NCBI GenBank assembly: GCA_937912045.1
Contig: CALDPI010000235.1
Location: forward strand, 1 to 62,571
DNA: 62,571 bases
DNA from: an uncultured Clostridia bacterium
GTDB taxonomy: Bacteria > Bacillota > Clostridia > Oscillospirales > Acutalibacteraceae
Direction of reading: 5' to 3'
Below are positions 37,618 through 44,515 of the stretch, in pieces. The translations under genes were made by a program, and so were the position numbers. How positions within the stretch are numbered: the stretch's first letter is position 1; each line of letters starts with the position of its first letter. The notes under the pieces were generated by a model. That model did not search any database. It saw nothing but the letters and a program-made list of their open reading frames with translations, and had not been told where the DNA came from.

Positions 37618-38013
37618 CTATTCTGACCAGGGTGACCAGCCGTCCATATTCTCCTTGTCTTTATCAGACTGGGTGGCGGTGCTTGTCACCTGGGAGCTGC
37701 TCTGTGGTTTAGAGCTGCTTTGCGGCTTTGAAGAGGACGACGGGTTTTTGGTGGTTGACGTTACGCTGCCTGTGGCGAAATCAATCGTGATGTCGGGGTT
37801 ATCAAAGGCATTGTCGTCAATCGCGTCCTCACCTTGTGTTTCCTCCGACGACGTATCCGAAGATACGCCGTCGGTATTTGTTTCGTTTTGCGATTGTGTC
37901 ACTTCGCTGTCTGCATCCGAAAGGTAAACTGCTTTATCCTTTTTGCAGGCACTCAAGCAGAGCAAAAGAGCGAAAGCGCACACAAACGCAGATATTTTTT
38001 TGAAGCTCAGCAT
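37618..38013 (-). CDS. Small low-complexity lipoprotein (Ser/Thr/Gln/Asp-rich)
   Basis: The start is most likely the ATG at 38013. This gives MLSFKKISAFVCAFALLLCLSAC with a perfect lipobox, followed by a tandem SSSKPQSSSKPQSSS. Confidence 0.8.
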   Translation of the reverse strand: MLSFKKISAFVCAFALLLCLSACKKDKAVYLSDADSEVTQSQNETNTDGVSSDTSSEETQGEDAIDDNAFDNPDITIDFATGSVTSTTKNPSSSSKPQSSSKPQSSSQVTSTATQSDKDKENMDGWSPWSE

Positions 38014-38018
38014 AGCCC

Positions 38019-38153
38019 TTAACCAACAATAAAGGGAAGTGAGGTGGTTGGTTCCTGACCGCCGTCTGCTTCGTCTTCTTCGCCTGCACACATAGCGCGG
38101 TCAGCCATCAGGCTGATAACTTCAAACTCGGGAGCATCATATATGTTTTTCAC
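38019..38153 (-). CDS. Unannotated 44-aa acidic small ORF (MKNIYDAPEFEVISLMADRAMCAGEEDEADGGQEPTTSLPFIVG)
   Basis: GTG at 38153 lies 7 nt after AAGGAGGA (38168-38161). I hand-translated 44 codons to a TAA at 38021-38019. The ORF fills 135 of the 156 nt in this gap and ends 5 nt before the lipoprotein ATG. It is below the ORF-track length cut-off. Confidence 0.5.
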   Translation of the reverse strand: MKNIYDAPEFEVISLMADRAMCAGEEDEADGGQEPTTSLPFIVG

Positions 38154-38169
38154 AATAATCTCCTCCTTC

Positions 38170-40938
38170 TTAATTACTTACGTGGTTAGAGTACTTGTCG
38201 GACTTGATTGTATTAGAGAATACCAATTCGTCGTCTGCAGTTGTAACGTATCCAACTGCGGTGTACTCTACGTCTGCAAAGTTCTGTTCAACATTGTAGA
38301 GACGTACTGCGTACTGAAGCTCTGTGTTTTCAGAGTTCTTCCACATATACTTTGTGCGGTCAACGTACATAACGGCAATAACTTCACCTGCGTTACCAAC
38401 GTTAACAGCCTCACCTGATGCAATGTTATTTGTCTTCAGGTTGTTATAAAGTATATTGAAAATCTGTTCTCTCGTATATGAGGGGAGTGTTGCGCGGAAA
38501 GCGTCGAAATCGCCACGGATTACGAGTGTTCCGTGTGATTTGGTGCTCAGATTGTCTGTAACGAGTGAGCCAAACTGAATGCCTTTATCACCCGTTATCT
38601 TTACAGACGCGCCAAACGTTCCGACAATGCCTGAGGGGTATTTGAACTGCTTATAGCTGTAAGTGTCTGCGGTCTTTGCAAAAAATTGTCCGTTGCCAAG
38701 CTTTTCTGCCATTGTACCGCCTGTGGTTGCCATTGCACCATAAGGAATAAAGTAGCCTTCATCCGGTGTGATGGTGTATGCGGTATTTGCGGTAGCCTCA
38801 ACACTTGCTGTATTACCGGCGTTTCCAAGCAATTTGCCGGCAGTCATGCATTCTGCACCATAGTAAGCGTCAATTTCATACAAGCCAATGTCGTCAACGT
38901 AGGTTTCTGATTCTGCATAAATATTAATGGCGTTTGTAGCGGCGAGGTCAGACGTTCCTGTGCGAATGAGGTATGTATATCTGTTCCAACCTGTACCAGT
39001 ATTATAAACTCGCTCCTGAGCCTTAATTGCCGCACCGCCATTTTTGAACAAAGTGAGCATTGCATTATTTTTACCGTTTTTAATCCAAAGCGTCAAAACA
39101 TAGTATGTTTTTGCTTTAAGCGTGGGCAGCGGTAAATAAAGGTTTGTACTTGTAGTAGTCTTTAAAGCACCGCTTCCATCGCCGATTGTGTGTGAATACT
39201 GGTTATCGTTTGTTATTTTGCCCGTCTGCAAGCCTGGACCAATCCAGTTGCTCCAACCGCCCCACTGTCCTTGAACGTGGCTAAAGGAGGCCGGAACAGC
39301 CCACCAAGCATTCGGGTTAGCAACGGTTGAAGTTGCGTGTGTTGAACCCATAGATGCATAATAAGTTTTGTATGTGCCGTCTTCATTGAATTCTTTAACG
39401 GTCGGGTCGGGAATGAGATTTTCTGTGAGTGTTTCGAAATCAAAATCTTCAACCGCAGTGCCTGTCATTGCAGTTGCGGTGAACGAAGCAAAATCTTCAT
39501 CTGCACGCAAATCAGTTTCCGTTAAAAGTTTACCGGCAGTTACACACTTTGAAGCATATTCAGGGTCAAGTCTGTAAACACCGAAATCGTCAAAGGCAAT
39601 TTCACAAATGTTATATGTACCAATAGCTCCTGAATGCGTTTGGTTACCGGTATAAACAATATAGGTAAATCGCTTCCAACTGGTAGAATAGTTTCCTCCC
39701 AATTCTTTCCAGTTACCGGAAGCCCAGTTTTGGGCACAAACATGACGAATGTTACAACCGGTAGAAGATGCTGTCTTGAAATAATACGTTATAAGATAAT
39801 ATGACTTTTTCTGCAGTTTTGGTGCTATTTTAAGGGTCCAGTTTTTCGTTGTGCTATACACAATTGCACCACTGCCGTCATTCGTGTGCGAAACATCGGT
39901 TTTTGCAGAATTCTGGTTTTTAGGAGAACCAAACTCGTCGGTTGTGTAACCGTCTTCGCCCGCTCTCATTCCGTTGGTATCGTCGTAAACCATTGTGCCT
40001 GTTCCATCATCAACAAACTTTGAAACGGTCGGGTCATAAGCAAGGTTTTCACCGAGATAATCAAAATCAAAGGTTTCATACTGACCTGAAGATGTAAGGT
40101 TTGTAAGTCCTACTGTGTCACTTGTTATATATTCTTCTTTTCCGTTAAGAAGTATGTTTCCTGCATCTATGCATTTCTGTGCATAATCTAAATCAACTTT
40201 ATACTGCTCGATTTCATCAACATATACTGTTTTTGTGCCAACTTCTTCTACGCAAACATAAGCACCGTATCTGTCCTTATGGTTAACAGGGTCATAGCAG
40301 TAAGCCAATGCGGTAATACGCTGCCAATCGGTAGTTGCATTAACTTCAAATACGTTATATGTTCCGCTCCAGTCGTTCTTTGTATGGAGCTTTACATTAC
40401 CGGCAGAAGATGCCTTTATCCAGAATGTGATAAGATACCAGGAATCCGCACGCATACCGCTGCCTATAGGCATATTAAGACGCTTACCTTCATAGTCGTC
40501 TTCACTTTTCGGTGTAATACATAAAGAGCCGGAGCCGTCTGCAGTGTGGGATACGTTCTTATCTATTTGTCCTCGTCTTGCGGGGCCCTTATACTCTTCT
40601 TCTCCTTTGCTATAAGCGTTGTGCTTCAGAGTCGCTTTTCCCCAATGGGCATTCGGGTTGTTTAGGCCCGTGCCGTTTGTTTCGTCTGCATAGTAGGTGT
40701 CATAGTTACCTTCACTGTCAAACTCCGCAACTGTAGAGTCGGGGATAAGGTTTTGTCCCAAAAGGCTCCAATCCATATCTTCTTCGGTTGAAGAAAGAGT
40801 CAAACGTGACATTTTACAAGTTGTCGGAAGTGTTGCCGTTGCATCCTCCGCATTTGCCACTGCGCCGGTGCAGAAAACTGCCGACAGGAGCATTGCGAGG
40901 GTGAGTGCTAAGGAAAGAATTTTGCGTGTTTTAAACAT
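38170..40938 (-). CDS. 922-aa secreted multi-module protein, paralogue of the giant protein
   Basis: Signal peptide ...GAVANA/ED and AAGGAG SD. Three long modules precede a ~220-aa C-terminal domain I cannot assign. There is no anchor. Confidence 0.85.
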   Translation of the reverse strand: MFKTRKILSLALTLAMLLSAVFCTGAVANAEDATATLPTTCKMSRLTLSSTEEDMDWSLLGQNLIPDSTVAEFDSEGNYDTYYADETNGTGLNNPNAHWGKATLKHNAYSKGEEEYKGPARRGQIDKNVSHTADGSGSLCITPKSEDDYEGKRLNMPIGSGMRADSWYLITFWIKASSAGNVKLHTKNDWSGTYNVFEVNATTDWQRITALAYCYDPVNHKDRYGAYVCVEEVGTKTVYVDEIEQYKVDLDYAQKCIDAGNILLNGKEEYITSDTVGLTNLTSSGQYETFDFDYLGENLAYDPTVSKFVDDGTGTMVYDDTNGMRAGEDGYTTDEFGSPKNQNSAKTDVSHTNDGSGAIVYSTTKNWTLKIAPKLQKKSYYLITYYFKTASSTGCNIRHVCAQNWASGNWKELGGNYSTSWKRFTYIVYTGNQTHSGAIGTYNICEIAFDDFGVYRLDPEYASKCVTAGKLLTETDLRADEDFASFTATAMTGTAVEDFDFETLTENLIPDPTVKEFNEDGTYKTYYASMGSTHATSTVANPNAWWAVPASFSHVQGQWGGWSNWIGPGLQTGKITNDNQYSHTIGDGSGALKTTTSTNLYLPLPTLKAKTYYVLTLWIKNGKNNAMLTLFKNGGAAIKAQERVYNTGTGWNRYTYLIRTGTSDLAATNAINIYAESETYVDDIGLYEIDAYYGAECMTAGKLLGNAGNTASVEATANTAYTITPDEGYFIPYGAMATTGGTMAEKLGNGQFFAKTADTYSYKQFKYPSGIVGTFGASVKITGDKGIQFGSLVTDNLSTKSHGTLVIRGDFDAFRATLPSYTREQIFNILYNNLKTNNIASGEAVNVGNAGEVIAVMYVDRTKYMWKNSENTELQYAVRLYNVEQNFADVEYTAVGYVTTADDELVFSNTIKSDKYSNHVSN
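38830..40776 (-). repeat. Three further copies of the same module (aa 55-263, 289-472, 498-703)
   Basis: LGQNLIPDSTVAEF, LGENLAYDPTVSKF and LTENLIPDPTVKEF are each followed by SHTxDGSG, WxR(I/F/Y)T, DD/DE..YK/YR/YE and C..AG(N/K)(I/L)L. Confidence 0.75.
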
Positions 40939-40965
40939 TTAAAAAATCAACTCCTTATATTATAT

Positions 40966-42960
40966 TTACTTCGCAGTTTCGAAGAGATAAACGTCGTCGA
41001 TGTACCAATCTATTCTCGATTCAGGCTCGTTCTGCTGAGCGCCGCCGTGCCATGCATAGAACATGAGACGTGTGTCGGTTATGTCGCCGCTGTTGAACTT
41101 AACAGTGTGACGTACCCAATCGCCGTGCTTGTTTTTATCAAGCGGACGAATTCTGCCCACAAGGCTGTTCACCTTGTTTCCCGGGTCGGCGTCCGAATTT
41201 TCGGCGTAGTCTGTCAGGAACGCAATTATCGAGTTCCAATAGCCCTCGACCTCGTCATACTTATAATAGAAGGTGAAAGTATAGTCTGTGTTGGGCTTGA
41301 GTGTTACTCCCTGATGGAGCTTGGTAATCTGATATACAGAGCCCTTGCCCGAATGTGCAGCCTCACCGTTTCTATAGTGGGTCATATCATATTCGGATTT
41401 AGTCTGGTTGCAGATTATCCAGCCGTCAACGCCGTCGCCTATTGAGCCGTCGACGTTGCTGCGAATCTTGAGGGGGCCGTTTTCAAAGCCACCGTTTTTA
41501 ATGAGGTTGTCTTCCTCCCCACAGGTGACGATATCTGCTGTGAGAGAAATGGTTTCCGAGGTTGCGGTTTTGCCGTCAGCATCGGCTGCAACTGCACGAT
41601 AATGCCAGGTTTCGCCCTCCTTAACGTCGAGGTCAATCCATTCGTACATCATCGAGCCAAACTCGTAATTTTCAACTGCCTCGGGGTCGTTGGGGTCAAA
41701 GGTGAGGACCTTTTTCCAGCCCGTCTTACCGTCCTTTGAGCGCTCAACGGTGATTGCGCTGGCGCCGCGGGAGCCGAAGAAGCGGATTGCCTCACTCGTC
41801 GAGTACATAAACGTGGGAGCATCTATTCCCTCGTAGCCTGTTTTGGCATACTCGGCATCGAGCGACCAGGCGCGAACCGCCCAGGTGAACGGACGCAGAC
41901 GGTTTTTGTCATCTGTCACGCCCTGTGCGCCGCCGGGGAAGCCGTAATACCAATAGAATCCTGCCTTTACGCCGTTTTCAACAACCGTGTCAAAATAGTT
42001 GCCGAAATAAGACGTCATAAACTCGTCGGAGCGGGTGAGTGAATTACTGCTGTCGGAAATACCGAACTCACCATATACCAAAGGTTTATTAAGGAAAAGC
42101 TCACTTGTGTCGTGCGCGGGCTTGCCGTCTGAATAGAAGTCATAGCCGTAGCAGTCAAAGTCAATGTTCTTATAATATTCAAAGGTCTCATTAACACTGC
42201 CCGTTGCGCCCGCAAAGGTTGTGATGCGGGGGTTAAGCTTATGTATTGTATCGTTGACGGTAGTCATAAACTTAGAAAGGTTTTCCCAGCTTGCACCTGT
42301 CTGAATTCCCCAGCGTCCGCCGTTGGATTCAGGCTCAACAAATACGTTTGCCATTATTATATTATCGTGCTTTTTAGCCATCTCAATCACGGGGGTCAGC
42401 CAGTTGTCAACAAACATCTTGGTCTGTTTTTCATTGTGCATGAAACGGCAGAGCTCTTCATAACGGTATTTACCGTTTACATATGTGGAGCTTTCGGTGT
42501 GGTTTACGATGCCAAGGCAGAGGTAAATGCCGCACTCTTCTGCAATCTCGAACACGCGTGCAAGATTTTCTTTATAGGTCGGCTCAATGCCGATAACCTG
42601 GCATTCGCTGTCAAACAGGATGCCACCAAACTGATATGTCATCCAAAGCTGGACGATATCAAAGCCCATTGCCTTTGAGTTTTTGAAAACCTCATAGAAC
42701 ATTGCGTCGGTATAGTTAGTGGTACCATAGTTCGAAGTGATACTCTTACCGATACAGTTACCCGTCGAGTTCTGGATGAACCACGGCTGCTGAATGCCGT
42801 TTACATATCCCTTTTCCTCAACAAGCTCGTCGAAGGTTTTCCACTCCTTTTTGCCTGTCTCTGCGGCGCTGACCGTTGTCGCAGGAACGACCAAAAGAGC
42901 CATTACCGTGAGGATGGTTAACACCACGCTCACAATTCGTTGGATGTTTTTCACAATCAA
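40966..42960 (-). CDS. Secreted clan GH-A (GH5-like) glycosidase + Ig-like domain + CBM_4_9-like module
   Basis: Signal peptide ...TTVSA/AE. The catalytic region is paralogous to 18168..19475. The C-terminus begins EEDNLIKNGGFENG, a CBM_4_9-type start. The start may instead be the GTG at 42954, which is 10 nt after GGAGG. Confidence 0.8.
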   Translation of the reverse strand: MIVKNIQRIVSVVLTILTVMALLVVPATTVSAAETGKKEWKTFDELVEEKGYVNGIQQPWFIQNSTGNCIGKSITSNYGTTNYTDAMFYEVFKNSKAMGFDIVQLWMTYQFGGILFDSECQVIGIEPTYKENLARVFEIAEECGIYLCLGIVNHTESSTYVNGKYRYEELCRFMHNEKQTKMFVDNWLTPVIEMAKKHDNIIMANVFVEPESNGGRWGIQTGASWENLSKFMTTVNDTIHKLNPRITTFAGATGSVNETFEYYKNIDFDCYGYDFYSDGKPAHDTSELFLNKPLVYGEFGISDSSNSLTRSDEFMTSYFGNYFDTVVENGVKAGFYWYYGFPGGAQGVTDDKNRLRPFTWAVRAWSLDAEYAKTGYEGIDAPTFMYSTSEAIRFFGSRGASAITVERSKDGKTGWKKVLTFDPNDPEAVENYEFGSMMYEWIDLDVKEGETWHYRAVAADADGKTATSETISLTADIVTCGEEDNLIKNGGFENGPLKIRSNVDGSIGDGVDGWIICNQTKSEYDMTHYRNGEAAHSGKGSVYQITKLHQGVTLKPNTDYTFTFYYKYDEVEGYWNSIIAFLTDYAENSDADPGNKVNSLVGRIRPLDKNKHGDWVRHTVKFNSGDITDTRLMFYAWHGGAQQNEPESRIDWYIDDVYLFETAK

Positions 42961-43634
42961 TCTTCCTCCTTTAAAAGAATTTTTGCCGAAAATATCACAA
43001 TCATATTATAATACGCGTACATTATGTAAGTCTTCTCATTTTATAGCAAATCACTCTCAAAAATCATTATTTACTAACTTTTTTACACTTTTTTACCATT
43101 TTTTTGCCGTTTTTTTCTTTGGATGCAGTTTTGCGATTGACACTTCTTCTAAAAACCAGCGGCATATTTTCAAATTCATTCGTCATTTTCACAACGTTTT
43201 TGTCCCATTTTTCCTTCGGATTTGTGTTTTTTGGGATTGTTTTCACTAAAACAGACATTTTCTCGCACAACATATTGTGTTTTTGGATAAAATACACCAC
43301 AAAAATGTGGTTTTTATGTACATATAGTATATATAATATCGGCGTTCTCATCCTGATTTTTTCGAATTCACTGACGGTGCGTGTTGGTAAAATTTTTATC
43401 TCAAAAAACACGAAAATAATTGTTTTTTGCATTGCTTTTTTACTTTATAGATGTTACAATTACCATAAAGACACATATTTTTTATTACATTTGTTACAAC
43501 TTTTTATCAAGCAATTATTTTAAAAACAAACTTTTTTAAATAATTGTGTGGTTATTTTCTATAGAGTTTAGACCCATTTAGTGTTATTATTATTTTATCA
43601 ACCGTTGTTCCCCTATTATGAAAGGAGAAGCAAA

Positions 43635-44456
43635 ATGCCAGGTTCTGTTTTGGAAATTCCAAAAAGCGACGCGGGCGAACAAGGCATTGCCATTCGCAAG
43701 CGCTGCATCACTTCCCGGTATCCCACCCACCTACATAGTGTTTTTGAGCTCGAGTATATCCTCGACGGCGAGGCGGTAACCTATATTGACAGCACTCCAT
43801 ATCCTCTCAAAAAAGGCGCGCTCAAACTTTGCACCCCTCTCGACGTTGAGACTCTCGAGGTTGCATCGTCTGTAACCCTGCTCAACATTAATTTTACAGA
43901 GGCTTTTGTCAGCTCAGAGCTGCTGCCCGATATTACCACAGGCTTTGCCGTTCAAGACGTGGACGACAGGCTCATTACCCTGCTGCGCGACGAGTATCAT
44001 AACAACAAGCCATACAGCACCCTCTACCAAAAGAGTCTGCTCAATCTGATTCTTCTCGACATTATTCGCAGAAAGACTCAATACCTTCCGCAGAGCGACT
44101 CTAAAAAAAGCAACAGCATTGCACAACAGGTTGCACTTTTCATACATCTGCACTACCGCGAGCAGCTCACGCTCAAGGATATTTCAAGTCATTTTTCCTA
44201 CACGCACAACCACCTGAGCAAGCTTTTCCAAAACACCTTTAATATGTCAATCACACAATACCTCTGCAAGACGAGGCTCGAGCAGGCCGAAAAGCTTTTG
44301 CTCTGCTCTGATTTGACGGTTACCGAAATTTCTAACGAGGCAGGTTTCCCCTCGATTTCCACCTTCTTCCGCGTGTTTAAGCAGCAGCGCGGTATCAGCC
44401 CGAAGGAATTTCAGCGCGGGGCAAACACCGAAAACAACGGGACTGAAGAGCATTAA
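43635..44456 (+). CDS. AraC family transcriptional regulator
   Basis: ATG at 43635 after an AGGAG SD (track start 43581 is upstream). An N-terminal cupin-like region is followed by a C-terminal double HTH (ISNEAGFPSISTFFRVFKQQRGISPKEF). Confidence 0.9.
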   Translation: MPGSVLEIPKSDAGEQGIAIRKRCITSRYPTHLHSVFELEYILDGEAVTYIDSTPYPLKKGALKLCTPLDVETLEVASSVTLLNINFTEAFVSSELLPDITTGFAVQDVDDRLITLLRDEYHNNKPYSTLYQKSLLNLILLDIIRRKTQYLPQSDSKKSNSIAQQVALFIHLHYREQLTLKDISSHFSYTHNHLSKLFQNTFNMSITQYLCKTRLEQAEKLLLCSDLTVTEISNEAGFPSISTFFRVFKQQRGISPKEFQRGANTENNGTEEH

Positions 44457-44460
44457 AAAA

Positions 44461-44482
44461 GACCACGATGAAAATCGTGGTC
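44461..44482. terminator. Bidirectional terminator
   Basis: gaccacgat-gaaa-atcgtggtc, flanked by AAAAAA and TTT. Confidence 0.8.
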
Positions 44483-44515
44483 TTTAATTATACATATTTA
44501 CGAAAAGTTTTCGTT

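Noticed and set aside
38014-38091. N-terminal extension MCRRRRRSRRRSGTNHLTSLYCWLRA of the lipoprotein ORF
   Set aside because: The Arg-rich extension has no SD. It overlaps the strongly SD-supported sORF in another frame. The internal Met at 38013 gives a textbook lipoprotein signal peptide.
31876-40938. Diversity-generating retroelement or phase-variation explanation for the repeated modules
   Set aside because: There is no reverse transcriptase, no template/variable repeat pair with A-specific differences, and no invertase or inverted repeats. The copies are diverged at the protein level, as expected for old domain duplications.
43067-43523. Two overlapping ORFs (121 aa on minus, 139 aa on plus) in the AT-rich region upstream of the operon
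   Set aside because: The plus strand is T-rich and A-poor, which depletes stop codons in both orientations. Neither ORF has an SD, and the products are Phe/Lys-rich low-complexity sequences. The region is better explained as promoter and operator DNA.
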